Of a DNA stretch of 64,000 nucleotides, positions 27,266 to 41,500 are shown piece after piece. The position numbers and the translations under genes were made by a program. The notes under the pieces are model-generated. The model did no database searches. It had not been told where the DNA came from and worked only from the letters and a program-made list of their open reading frames with translations. Numbering within the stretch: the stretch's first letter is position 1; every line of letters begins with the position of its first letter. Source of the DNA: Eledone cirrhosa (Eukaryota); assembly GCA_964016885.1 (NCBI GenBank), contig OZ024742.1, forward strand, positions 111,786,001 to 111,850,000, read 5' to 3'.

Positions 27266-28218
27266 ATTGTTATACTTTGGGAGGGTAATGTTGCCAGTAA
27301 GAAATACACGCACCCGTTGCTTTCACTTCAATTTATTATAAATTAAATTTATAAATTTAGGAATTTATAAATTTCCGGTTGGTTGGTTCGTTCCACTACC
27401 AGACCATTGTTCATATATTGTCGAAGTTCTTTCGTCACACATTCTGTGACCTCTTCAGTGACTGGGGATTTTTTCTTTGTTTTTGTGCCTCTCCTTTGTT
27501 CTGTCCTATGCCATGTTGTTTTTGTGTGTGATGTGTGCTTAGTTTGCGCATGTGTTACATTCGAGTGCCTGTGTGTGTTTATATTTGTTTATGTATTTGT
27601 TTATTTACATGTTACTGGTTGGTTGTTTGTTCTATGTGTGTGTGTGTTTTCATTTTTTCCTTAATTGTAAATTGTGATGTTGTTATTCCATCCATGTTTT
27701 CTATTTAATTTTGGTTGGAGTTCATTTATGTTTATTGTCTCTGTGATTTGTCTAAACATTAAGTCTTTTCTGTGTGTAGATTCTATTTTTATTTCTATGT
27801 TCTCAAATTTACCCCTATGTTTTATTTTAGCATGTTGGTAGAGTACAGATGATTCTTTACTATCTTGAAGCTCTCGCCAGTGTTCATTTATCCGTTCTCC
27901 TATACTACGAACTGTCTCACCTATGTACACTATATTCTTATCTCTACATTGTCCCTCAGTACATCTTATGCTATATACTACATTTCTAGTTTTACAGTTA
28001 ATATGAGGGCTTAGTTTACTGATTATACATTTCTTATCTATACAGGGAGGTCTTTGAAAAGGGTATATATTGCTAATAAGTGAGTTTTATGGAGGGACCT
28101 GGTCTTTCTACTGTCTGCGTGTGATTCTTATTGGAAACATGACCCTCCCAAAGTATAACAATATCGGTTTCAACACACGTTTTCAGATAAAGAGTCTTGC
28201 TAAACAAATTCAGAAACG

Positions 28219-28222
<4 letters not shown>
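27266..28222 (-). mobile_element. 5'-truncated Penelope-like element with inverted terminal repeat
   Basis: GIY-YIG fragment 27661-28060 (YIGETVRSIGERINEH..RQITE..PKLNRK), 3' repeat with a degenerate HHR at 27420-27463, and an inverted copy of the 3' end at about 28115-28222. Confidence 0.85.
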
Positions 28223-28246
<24 letters not shown>

Positions 28247-28249
<3 letters not shown>

Positions 28250-28390
28250 ACGAAGTAAGTGTGGTAAGGATCCAGGTGGACCATAACGCACCAGAGTACT
28301 CAATACTAAGGGTAGTAGAGTGGGTAATAGGAAATTGTTCGAGACCCCGACGGCAGAACTCTCTGCGGTCTGGGTCTTGAACAATTCCAT
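28247..28390 (-). mobile_element. Terminal-repeat fragment of the 13534-17264 PLE family ending in a hairpin
   Basis: Matches 17017-17125. Other copies at 48755-48941 (with palindrome 48832-48941) and 50875-51018. Confidence 0.75.
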
Positions 28391-28544
28391 ATATATATAT
28401 ATATCACCTAAGTAACGGAGAATCAGTGATGCGACAAAGTAGAATTTATTAGACATAATGCAATCGTTAGTAAGAGCATCGCGTGTTCAAACCGCCTATC
28501 GCTTACGGACGCTTTAAGCATCCTACACCACATATATATATATA

Positions 28545-28890
28545 GTATTAGAATTGGTGTTCTGAAATAGCGATATATACATGTAGGTATAGTATATTTG
28601 GCAATATAGCCTATGCTTAATTAAAAAGATTTTCAAGACCATACGGTATCGGTTTTAAAGTAGTGACTATGTGACTTACTTATATCGGCGAAAGAAGGGA
28701 GAGATTCTGACAGCCTGGGTATATTGCCAAATATACTATACATACATTCATGTATACACCGCTATTTCAGAGCACCGATCCTAATACCTAATTTTTGCTG
28801 GACCGGCAATCACTCTGTATAATGAGCTCCTGATTATTACTTGAATTCTATAAGATCCAGCTTCTATAATTTTCGGCAGAAGCAGGGATG
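28545..28890. repeat. Diverged fold-back relative of the 310-bp monomer
   Basis: cgctatttcagagca..ctaatttttgctggaccggcaatcactct..attctataag is colinear with the 310-bp unit; inverted partial arm at 28545-28640. Confidence 0.7.
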
Positions 28891-28894
28891 TACT

Positions 28895-30098
28895 TATGAA
28901 CAAACAATAGATAAGTAAATTATAGCTATTTTATCCGCGATCAACAGCCACAGAAGATTTACCTAGTATTTCTAATAGCCCGTAGAAAGTAATTAGACAT
29001 AGAGCTAACCATACACAATTAGGTACAACATGAAAGTTAGAAGAAAAAATGTACATAAACATACCAAAATTATGTTTCTACCCCTTGAGGTTTCATTCGC
29101 TTTTTGCAAATATCCGATCATGATAAATTCACGAGTTTCGAAATCATCTATTGTTTGTTGATAGGTACATTTTAAACTTATAGCCTCGTTTAATTGATTG
29201 TTTGTGTGGTTAATTATGCTGATTGGAGGAGAAATACTGTATATATTTTATCAAATGATTCTATGGACTTACTTTCTTATATATTACTCTGATTGTTGGT
29301 TATTTAATTAATTAATTCGTCATTGAGCCACACCGTGAATGGTTGCCAAAAACACACACATATATATATATGGCCCTGTCTAGTTTATGTATATGTAAAC
29401 CTATATATTTTATATACTCCTGTATATAAATAGTAACACTTTAGGCAGTATTCGGCTGCGATTTCTAGCAACCAGTCTACTCGCCGTCATGCTCCTATCA
29501 CAATCTTTCTGACTTGACCACTGGCCATGTGACAATTCTTAGCCATTTTGAATTCGTTTCTGGCGGGGATCATTTAAGAAAAATCTTTGTCCAATTGAGT
29601 TTGTTTCCTGATGATTTCGAAACTGGTGAGTTTATCCATGATCGGATATTTCCAAAAAGCGAATGATATCTCATGGTGTAGAAACATAAATTTGGTATGT
29701 TTATGTATATTTTTTCTTCTAACTTTGATTTTGTACCTAATTGTGTATGGTTGCCTATATGTCTAATCAATTTCTACGGGCTATTAGACATACTATGTTA
29801 ATCTTCTGTGGCTGTTGATCGCGGATAAAATAGCTATACTTTTTTTATCTATTGTTTCTTCATAGGTACATTTTAAACTTATAGCCTCGTTTAATTGATC
29901 TTGTGTGTTGTTCATTATGCTGATTGGGAGGAGAAATACTGTATATATCATTGATATATATCAAATGATTCTATGGACTTACTATCTTATATATTGCTCT
30001 GATTGTTGATTATTTAATTAAGTAATTTGCCATTGAGCCACACCTTGAATGGTTGCCAAAAACACACATATATATCTATATATCTATGGCTCTGTCTA

Positions 30099-30102
<4 letters not shown>
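28895..30102. mobile_element. Non-coding hammerhead-bearing element in two rearranged copies
   Basis: 28895-29150 is the reverse complement of about 29608-29865, and 29148-29385 is a direct repeat of about 29848-30102. HHR at 29602-29686 (+) and partial at 29073-29150 (-). Confidence 0.7.
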
Positions 30103-30146
<44 letters not shown>

Positions 30147-30452
30147 AAGTACGCTATACATATGGAAAAAGCAGATAGGTTATAAGTACTTACATAACCA
30201 TAGTGCTGTGAATCGTGGCGAGATGGGGCAGGGGCATTTGAAAGTTGCAAAGTATTTAGGTGTGCTGTCCGAGCAGTGTTCAGAGAGTTTGTTCCGTATA
30301 AGGCCCTTGGTTAATAGTATTTCGTAGCTCGCTGAAATACAAAAATTCCCTTTTCTTTAAACTCATCAACCAATGACCTCCACCCATCCCAATCACCACC
30401 CTCTCCTAAGCCCAGAAAAGATATAAATACCACCATACTACTTGGACAGTCA

Positions 30453-30501
30453 GCTTCCTGATGATTTTCCACGAATGAAACAGTTCTAGTCCTGTAGAAG
30501 C
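30453..30501 (+). ncRNA. Type I hammerhead ribozyme motif in a solo repeat (30143-30502)
   Basis: gcttc-CUGAUGA-u ttt ccac gaa u-GAAA-cag ttctagtc ctg-UA-gaagc. Confidence 0.8.
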
Positions 30502-30599
<98 letters not shown>

Positions 30600-31470
30600 C
30601 AGGTTGCGGACGATATTTGTTCGCAATTTTCAACTCCTAATTTTATGCCAATTTTTTTTACTTCCGTTGTCACTCTTGTCTTCATAAAAACAGTGACTAT
30701 ATTTCCCTTATTTATTTTCAGAATAACTGATTCTGAATAATTTTGAACCTCTAAATTTGTGGAAGAGACACGGAGTTCTTCTTGGAATCCGTCCAGGAGG
30801 ACAAATAAGACCAGAAGATCAACTCCCAGAACAACAGATGGCTCGCTGTCTCATCCAAAGACGTGCCCAGAGTCATGGACACAAAGTCTCCAGCGACAAC
30901 ATTCCTCTCCAGTGTCGTCAGCAGTCAAGGTGACGTCCTGCCATCTCACTCCTTCCCTGAGGTCCTCAAGCTGACACCGATGGCCACGTTCGTGTTCTGA
31001 ACGAGGTAGTAAAGCCCTGGATCGACCAGGTAGCTGCAGGCAGGCCGTACGTGTGGCAGCAAGACTCAGCGCCCTAACATACCAGCCGAAAGACCCAAGC
31101 CGAGCTGTCAGAAAACGTCGTCGACCACACTTCACCTGACATCTGGCCTCCCAGCTCGCCTGACTGCAACCCCCTCGACTTCTTTGTGTGGGGCGCAGTG
31201 GAGCGAGACACCAACATATCTAGCTGCAATAAGAAAGACGCTCTGAAGGCCAGGAACACAAGTGCCTTTAGGGGCCTAAGTCGGGGGACAGTGACGAAGG
31301 CCTGTAACCGGTTCCGAGGCCGCCTTGAGGCCGTCATCAAAGCCGATGGCGGGTTTATCGAACAAGTCATGAAGACAACCTGATCCAAGTTTGATAAATA
31401 TATCTTAAAAAATAAAACTGTGTTATTCTTTCCTAGACAGTAATCTTGCGAACAAATATCGTGCGTACCC

Positions 31471-31472
<2 letters not shown>
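30600..31472 (+). mobile_element. Internally deleted Tc1/mariner-superfamily DNA transposon, DD37D (maT) type
   Basis: Imperfect 27-bp TIRs caggttgcggacgatatttgttcgcaa / ttgcgaacaaatatcgtgcgtaccct in TA. WQQDSAP*H...WPPSSPDCNPLDFFVW has 37 residues between the last two Asp. Confidence 0.9.
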
Positions 31473-31551
<79 letters not shown>

Positions 31552-32117
31552 GGAAAAGATGAAACGAAATTTCATTTCTCACTCTTAGTACGGCTGTTGT
31601 ATATATATATATATGTATATGTTGAGTACTCTCCGTAATATTACATCAAGATTGAGCATACGGAATGACCAATTCTATCCAGTGGTGAACCAACAAACTT
31701 AAATATATATATATATAAATGTGTGTGTTTGTGTTTGTGTGTGTATACATGCATATATGACTGTAAGATTAATATCCTTATTTGATTAGATTTATATTTC
31801 AACGTTTAGCCTCTGGGGATTTCGTAGATTGAATAAATTTAATTAAATATTCGTACGCATCCATGTATTCTATTACATTACATGTGCCATTGGTGATAGT
31901 AAGACATAGTGTTTAATCGAATAATTTTAGGAATTTTCTAAATTACTTTAGTTATTCAATAATTTAAATTGAGAGAATACTACCTATACATTCATAAAGT
32001 AGTTTAAATGAATTACATTCAGTGATTTCATAAAATTTATTTCATCTCTGATAATTTTATACTTGAGTCTGCGTTATACACCCATATGGAAATGCTCACG
32101 CACATACATACATATGT

Positions 32118-32338
<221 letters not shown>

Positions 32339-32348
32339 TTTATTTATA

Positions 32349-32392
<44 letters not shown>

Positions 32393-34399
32393 CACACATA
32401 TAATGTGTCTGACTATTTGTGTCTTTCTGTTTGTGTGAAATATGTGGGTACATCAATATTTACGTAAGAAATAGTGGTTTCCCCTCCAGGTAGATCCAAG
32501 TTTTGCGTAAATATTCACTTGCAAAAACATAACACTTTGTATTTCGGAATGCTTATTTTGAAAATAAATGTTTAAAATTTAATCCGTACACTAATAAATG
32601 AACATACACCTGGTGTGTATATAAATGCAATGTGTTTAATTGCAGGCACATATTATCTAATCTCTTCCTAATCATTATTGTTGAAAGTTGCAGATCCTCT
32701 ACACTTGCACGAATATTCATTTTGTTTGGGGTGATGGTTTGTTGTTCAAATAACCAACCATATGACTGCTGGTAAAGGGTTGTTTTTTCAAGTAGAACTG
32801 AAGAGTGACCTGACATAATATACTAAATTGTAAATATCATAAAATGGTTATGCTATATAACTGTAGTATATAAAAAGCTGTTTCCCTTAAATAGAGAGTG
32901 TGTAGTGTATAAGTGACACATAATATTAAGTGTCACAAATACACAATACCTGCACGATACAAAGATTAAAATAATATAAGGCGCAAACACAATTTTAACT
33001 CTGAATAGGAAATTTTGAAAATTTATCCATTTCGTACAAATATATATTAGATATCCATCACTATTTTTGCCTGGCAGCTATGTATTTTTAAAATGTTATT
33101 TATTTTTTATTTTCATTTAATCATAAACAGTAAAAACTCCTTACACACATACAGGCACACACATATATTTGTATATGTGTGCGTATATATGTATATATAT
33201 ATATAAATTTCCCCTACCTCAGACCCTGATCTACTTAATCGGTGCGGTAGACACTATGGGAAGGAATAGGCTTTCGTCTCCATGTGGAATCCACATCAGA
33301 CACAATTTCATATTAATCTTAATGTTCGATGCCATCTCTGTGACGCCCTCCGCATATGACGATGATGCCAGTCCAGATCAATTTTGGAGAAGCATTCACT
33401 TCAGTTTTTGAAGTATTGGCAAGAAAGTCAACAAAAACTGATGGGTGAAGATAGGGCCAAATCGATAGAACAAGTCCACATCCAGAACCGATACACATGG
33501 ACGGTATTTTACTATGAACACCAATGAGAATCCCTTGTGCAATAAAACCATTGAATCCCAAACAGAAAGCGTTTGCCTTTAGGACAAATTCAAATTAACG
33601 TTACCTTCCACTAACCGAAGCTTTCCATTGATCTAAACTGATCAGAGGCTACACGAAACCAATTTTATTTTCTACCCTCACTGTAGTATATATCATGTTG
33701 TTGTGAGGGTGTGTTGGGGTGATTCTCCATGAACTATTGCAATTTCACTTATTAGTGTCACCATTTTTCCTGGCAGTTCTCTGGACAGGACATTTTCAAT
33801 TGCAACCCCCTTGCGAGCCTTTTCATCAATGCTTCTACTACCTGGTACTCCGAACTGGCTGTTCTACCGCTCTGCCACCAGTTGCTGTGGGGACGACGTA
33901 GGACATCCTCGATCAACTATGGCATAGTTAGGTAAAGCTCGTAGGACAGACTGTCCAAACCAGTCTTAGTACGAAGCAGGCCTGCTCCAAATTCAGCTAC
34001 GGTTATCGGCGTTTCACAGCCATCCTAACCTCCCAATGAGGATCAAATTCGGCCGTAGATATAGGAACAGTCAAGTAAATATTTTCGCCACCTATGCTAC
34101 ACTATACGATGTGCAGATTACAATAGGAAAATTGTAGACATCTGCGTAGAATTAAATAGCAGACACCAACTCTGGTACATTAAATACCGAATGATTGATT
34201 TACAGGCAAGTAACATTTCTGACACTCCGTCCTATCCAACATCTTTGCCTTAGCTCAGACAGTGTAACCTTCACGTAAAATAATTGTTTTATTGCCAATC
34301 TCGCAGCCAGCACATGGTGGCGAGGCCAATTCTAATTGCCTTTTCTATTTTAACTACCAATTGTCCTACCATTCTAATATTTACACAAGGGCTGGTTTT

Positions 34400-35125
34400 G
34401 TTAACTTTTTCTATGATTTTTCTTGTTGAAACTGCTGTTGCTATAGCTCTTTATGCATCTTTGTGATGTCTCTGATGTCATTGTTACAGCAGCTGCATTT
34501 TTTAGTGATGCTGTCGGCTGTTAGCATGACTGTTTCTGCTGTTCTCTTGGATCTGGTCATCGAGGCTGCTAATGATGTTGAAGGTTGATGTTGCAGTTTG
34601 GCTAGCCTCCAATCCAATGTCTTTTGTTGCGAGCAGAAAGCAATTAATTACATGCCATCAACATATACAAAAACAGCTCAATTTTGTTCACCTTAAAAGA
34701 GGACTGCAGCCCTATTCCATTCGACAGGCGTATAAGTTATGGGATAGTGTCTATGTTTTCCTGTTTGATCTAAAGCAGGACCCATGCTCATCCCATACCA
34801 GTTCTCCCAACGACATCTTTTTTACGTCCAGGAATATGTCAAAAACCTCCAGGGCGAGACAATCCAGGATCCATCAGTTGGACGAGCAAAATCATGAACC
34901 TTACTGGACTTGCTCCGAAATTAATCGGAAACCAAACGTAATCCTTGCAGCAACAATGAACATAGAATGGTCTTGCAGAAGGTTTAACTGTAGGAAAATA
35001 ACTTTCACGCTTACGAAATGCCTAACCATTGCTATGTATTATATGGCAGTTGATATTCCCTTTAAAGCCTCAATATTCTTGCTGTTGTTGCCAACGTTCC
35101 TCCTCCACACAAATGTGGACGTCTG
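34400..35125 (-). pseudogene. Possible decayed ORF1 fragment of a Tx1-like LINE
   Basis: Hand translation IKQENIDTIP*LIRLSNG resembles KKNIQEIPEVIDLKDG in the ORF1 near 60850 and is followed by a similar low-complexity T/A-rich tract. Confidence 0.35.
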
Positions 35126-35230
35126 TGTCAGAGAGAGGGAGAGAGAGAGATGGATAAATAGATAGATAGATAGATATGTATATACATATATATGTGTATA
35201 TACATACACCCACACCCACATACACACACA

Positions 35231-35263
<33 letters not shown>

Positions 35264-35279
35264 TTCTATATGTATGCAT

Positions 35280-35335
<56 letters not shown>

Positions 35336-38253
35336 GCATATATAAAAATACGCATGCGTACATGCATATATCATACCTATATGGACATGTAGTTCTCTCG
35401 GATATTGTATTGGCATATTACCAGATAATCTAAAATTCGTAATGTTTTTGTCATTCATCAGTAAAGTCCATATGGAATGAAATACATACTGCTATTCAAG
35501 AAATAACTACGAATAATTTTAATGATATTTAAATATATTGTCACATTTTTGTAATGTATTTGATATTTAATTTAATTAAATATTACTATGTAATAACCGT
35601 ATTCGTGAGATTTATATTGAATGTTAATAATATTCGATTCGTATGCAAGCAAACGAACTCATTGAGTTATGCTTCTAGATGATCATCACCACCCTTTTGT
35701 TGTAGAAGTGACACAGAGAAACAATCGTCAATATTGTTCCTTGGTTATCGCTCTTTGTCAGGATTGTGTATCTCTTTTTTGTCAATACCTAGAACACTTG
35801 AGAATATAAATCATTCAATAAAGTATACATCGGCTAATTAGCCTAATTTGCATACCGAGCAACTTAACAGATGGCTTTGCCGAAAATTAAAAACAAAATT
35901 ATAATACGTAAATATATTCATGAGTTTTATATCGAATACAAATAATATTCTATTCGGTTGCGAGCAAAGAACCTGGCGACGTCAATTAAGAAACGTAACA
36001 CAAGGAGCCTGTTTGCTTGCAAATGAATCAAATATCATTATTATTCTATATGAAATTCACGAATACATTTCCGTATCCGCTATGTTAGAGGGAAAAACCA
36101 AATTCTAATTATGTAATTATGTAATTGTTTTCAAAATTAGAAATGTGCCACTGCTGTGTCTCTACCGATATGTTCTTTGCTGTTAAATCATGTTCTAATA
36201 TGCGCTGTATAATATTAATAGGAAGCATTTCTGAAAAAATGTATACTATTTTTGTTGGTTATTCCAATGGCTGACAACCTTTACAGAAAATATCTCGATG
36301 TGTTATACCTCTCTTCTTATCACATTCAATATAATAGTGTCATTTTAATCTAGCTCAGGTATAATATTCATATAATGAACACGTCTATATGTTTAAATTT
36401 TATTTGTCATTTACTCGTCGTTATTACGTTATAATATATATGCGCTATTGTTAAATGCTGAAAATATTCCGGCAAATCTTTTAAATAAGTATTTGAAATA
36501 AATAATATCTTACAAGTTTCGAGATATATTTTTCACGGAGTATAATGAGATTTTGCGTGTTGAATGCAAGTTTAATTTAAAAGATGAATATGCGAACACA
36601 TTTTCAATAACGTTAACGTAATTATATGTGATTTTATTTGAAAATTATTGTATACACAATTCTATTCTATGATTACTCAATTTTTAAATTGTATATTTGT
36701 TGCTTTACATCGTATCGTTATACTGAGGGGAATTATAGATGACATCTTCAAAAATATTAATTACGTTCGTTAAATAACCATTAAAATGAGAACATCAGGA
36801 CCTTTGTATCACTCAGTATGAAAGAATGATAATTTTAAAACCTGGAAAAAAATAAAACGAATCCTGAAAATAATGAACGCATTTTACTTGATGCAGGTTA
36901 TAACATTGACAAATAGAATGCAAAGAATCAAAAGACAAACTGGTTTATAAACAGTTATAGTTGTTTGCCACATGATTTGATTTAAGACCATGTGTTGAAA
37001 CGAAATCATATGGATTTTAGCGATAGAGCTGGTCAAATTACATTTCCCTTTTATAATTTGGACTTTGGTTTTAAACGTTTTGGTCGCAATGGTGGTGATT
37101 TGGTCACCGAAAATGTTGTAGTGGAAATATGTTAGCGGTTAAGTGTCGAGATTATCACTAGCAAAGTATTAATAATTGAAAGGTGAATTAAAATGTTTTC
37201 GGAGGTTTTTTAAATGTGCCAAAAGGCTTCTTCAACGATGTAACAAAATGTTGACAATATTGATATTTGTAAAATGTGTTCGGTTGAAACCAATAACTAA
37301 TTTCATCTCTAATATATAAAGTTTACGTCACGTCACGTAGGCAGAACTGCAAAGAAAGTAACAACATAATGAGTCTTTAGTTAATGTTTAAAATGAATAC
37401 ATTCATTTCGCATATATCCTGTGTAAGGGGTCATATATGATCGAAATAAGGTTAGCATTTCTACTTTACAGTGCAAAAGAAAATACTCTCAAACATTACT
37501 GTTTATCTTGAATTAAATTAAATTTCGGAGTGTCTTGCTATCTCCATTGATAAGAACTGACATTGACGTTAATGTGTCCTCTCGTTAAGGGTGTTTGATT
37601 AAGCACGATATTAGTTGCTTTATATGTAAATCACATATACATCCAGATATACATCACATATACATCCACATAAACACGCGTGCATATACCCATATACATA
37701 TGTATATATATAGAACCACACTGGCATATCGTCTGACTATACTTGAATCCTTGTGTGTATTAGTTACATGTAGGAATACATACTTTTATTATTACTCTCA
37801 CCAATGGTAGAGAAACCTTTAGTCGTCTGAATGGCTGCTATTTTTAGCAGTACAGGATTGACCTGTCCATTGTGCTTTTGCCTTTGCACACGGTACCAGG
37901 ACAAAACTGCTTTATCATTCATTTGCTCTCATCCTGAAGCAGTTAGTAATAGCGCCAGTTTGGAATTTTTAACTCAAGAATTTTATATTGTCCGATAGAG
38001 AAATGCCTTCTGATGATAATCTCTTTCTCGATGGAAATACGCCTGGATTATCTATTCGTTTGGGATTTGAAACTAAGGGCACATATAGTTAGTACAGTGA
38101 ATTTTAAAAAAAATGTATTAACAATTTTTTTTCTATATTTACATCCCCTTGATTTTATATGTTGTGGCTTGTTAATTTATTAACTTGCCATTGAACCACA
38201 CTGGCATATGGTCGAACTATACTTGTATCCCCACATTTACATTCCCTTGATTT

Positions 38254-38313
<60 letters not shown>

Positions 38314-38396
38314 TATATACATATATATATACATATATATATATACATATATATATACATACATATATACATATATATATACATATATATATATAC

Positions 38397-38501
<105 letters not shown>

Positions 38502-38531
38502 TATATACATATATATATATATATACATATG

Positions 38532-38559
<28 letters not shown>

Positions 38560-38562
<3 letters not shown>

Positions 38563-41500
38563 TAAGATAAGCAGAACAAGTAAAATTCAATCAATTTTTC
38601 AAAATACATTAAAAAATATAATATAAATATTTACCTCTTCTAGTGGCCCTTACTGATCAGTTTCGCTTTGTAAAACCTCATAAATCCGATGGATTTATGA
38701 TGGAAAACCAAAGCTCATCAGAGAAGCATTTTCCCTTCCTAGGGCTAAACGTCCCAGGAACGACAAAATATACAACCTCCTGCCAGCTAATAAAGGTCTG
38801 AAAGGTCGTAAAATTGACCCGTATGTAAACTGGACCGAAGTAAAAGCGGGAAAATCAAAGACTTGCTGTCTACAATTACTACTAAAAAAATAGCAGCCAA
38901 GTAGAGCAACAGATTTGTTCTCAACGGACGGAGAAAAAGGTAGAAGTTAATATGTCCAGGGATACTAGGTACCCCTAGAAATACATAGGTTGTCTATGAT
39001 TCAAGGTTGTTCAATGGTGTTAATTTGATACACCAGAACTTTAATATTAAGATAAGCAGAACAAGTAAAATTCAATCAATTTTTCAAAATACATTAAAAA
39101 ATATAATATAAATATTTACCTCTTCTAGTGGCCCTTACTGATCAGTTTCGCTTTGTAAAACCTCATAAATCCGATGGATTTATGATGGAAAACCAAAGCT
39201 CATCAGAGAAGCATTTTCCCTTCCTAGGGCTAAACGTCCCAGGAACGACAAAATATACAACCTCCTGCCAGCTAATAAAGGTCTGAAAGGTCGTAAAATT
39301 GACCCGTATGTAAACTGGACCGAAGTAAAAGCGGGAAAATCAAAGACTTGCTGTCTACAATTACTACTAAAAAAATAGCAGCCAAGTAGAGCAACAGATT
39401 TGTTCTCAACGGACGGAGAAAAAGGTAGAAGTTAACATGTCCAGGGATACTAGGTACCCCTAGAAATACATAGGTTGTCTATGATTCAAGGTTGTTCAAT
39501 GGTGTTAATTTGATACACCAGAACTTTAATATTAAGATAAGCAGAACAAGTAAAATTCAATCAATTTTTCAAAATACATTAAAAAATATAATATAAATAT
39601 TTACCTCTTCTAGTGGCCCTTACTGATCAGTTTCGCTTTGTAAAACCTCATAAATCCGATGGATTTATGATGGAAAACCAAAGCTCATCAGAGAAGCATT
39701 TTCCCTTCCTAGGGCTAAACGTCCCAGGAACGACAAAATATACAACCTCCTGCCAGCTAATAAAGGTCTGAAAGGTCGTAAAATTGACCCGTATGTAAAC
39801 TGGACCGAAGTAAAAGCGGGAAAATCAAAGACTTGCTGTCTACAATTACTACTAAAAAAATAGCAGCCAAGTAGAGCAACAGATTTGTTCTCAACGGACG
39901 GAGAAAAAGGTAGAAGTTAACATGTCCAGGGATACTAGGTACCCCTAGAAATACATAGGTTGTCTATGATTCAAGGTTGTTCAATGGTGTTAATTTGATA
40001 CACCAGAACTTTAATATTAAGATAAGCAGAACAAGTAAAATTCAATCAATTTTTCAAAATACATTAAAAAATATAATATAAATATTTACCTCTTCTAGTG
40101 GCCCTTACTGATCAGTTTCGCTTTGTAAAACCTCATAAATCCGATGGATTTATGATGGAAAACCAAAGCTCATCAGAGAAGCATTTTCCCTTCCTAGGGC
40201 TAAACGTCCCAGGAACGACAAAATATACAACCTCCTGCCAGCTAATAAAGGTCTGAAAGGTCGTAAAATTGACCCGTATGTAAACTGGACCGAAGTAAAA
40301 GCGGGAAAATCAAAGACTTGCTGTCTACAATTACTACTAAAAAAATAGCAGCCAAGTAGAGCAACAGATTTGTTCTCAACGGACGGAGAAAAAGGTAGAA
40401 GTTAATATGTCCAGGGATACTAGGTACCCCTAGAAATACATAGGTTGTCTATGATTCAAGGTTGTTCAATGGTGTTAATTTGATACACCAGAACTTTAAT
40501 ATTAAGATAAGCAGAACAAGTAAAATTCAATCAATTTTTCAAAATACATTAAAAAATATAATATAAATATTTACCTCTTCTAGTGGCCCTTACTGATCAG
40601 TTTCGCTTTGTAAAACCTCATAAATCCGATGGATTTATGATGGAAAACCAAAGCTCATCAGAGAAGCATTTTCCCTTCCTAGGACTAAACGTCCCAGGAA
40701 CGACAAAATATACAACCTCCTGCCAGCTAATAAAGGTCTGAAAGGTCGTAAATTGACCCGTATGTAAACTGGACCGAAGTAAAAGCGGGAAAATCAAAGA
40801 CTTGCTGTCTACAATTACTACTAAAAAATAGCAGCCAAGTAGAGCAACAGATTTGTTCTCAACGGACGGAGAAAAAGGTAGAAGTTAACATGTCCAGGGA
40901 TACTAGGTACCCCTAGAAATACATAGGTTGTCTATGATTCAAGGTTGTTCAATGGTGTTAATTTGATACACCAGAACTTTAATATTAAGATAAGCAGAAC
41001 AAGTAAAATTCAATCAATTTTTCAAAATACATTAAAAAATATAATATAAATATTTACCTCTTCTAGTGGCCCTTACTGATCAGTTTCGCTTTGTAAAACC
41101 TCATAAATCCGATGGATTTATGATGGAAAACCAAAGCTCATCAGAGAAGCATTTTCCCTTCCTAGGGCTAAACGTCCCAGGAACGACAAAATATACAACC
41201 TCCTGCCAGCTAATAAAGGTCTGAAAGGTCGTAAAATTGACCCGTATGTAAACTGGACCGAAGTAAAAGCGGGAAAATCAAAGACTTGCTGTCTACAATT
41301 ACTACTAAAAAAATAGCAGCCAAGTAGAGCAACAGATTTGTTCTCAACGGACGGAGAAAAAGGTAGAAGTTAACATGTCCAGGGATACTAGGTACCCCTA
41401 GAAATACATAGGTTGTCTATGATTCAAGGTTGTTCAATGGTGTTAATTTGATACACCAGAACTTTAATATTAAGATAAGCAGAACAAGTAAAATTCAATC

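Noticed and set aside
38000-38060. CTGATGA..GAAA motif at about 38010
   Set aside because: No convincing stem I or stem III.
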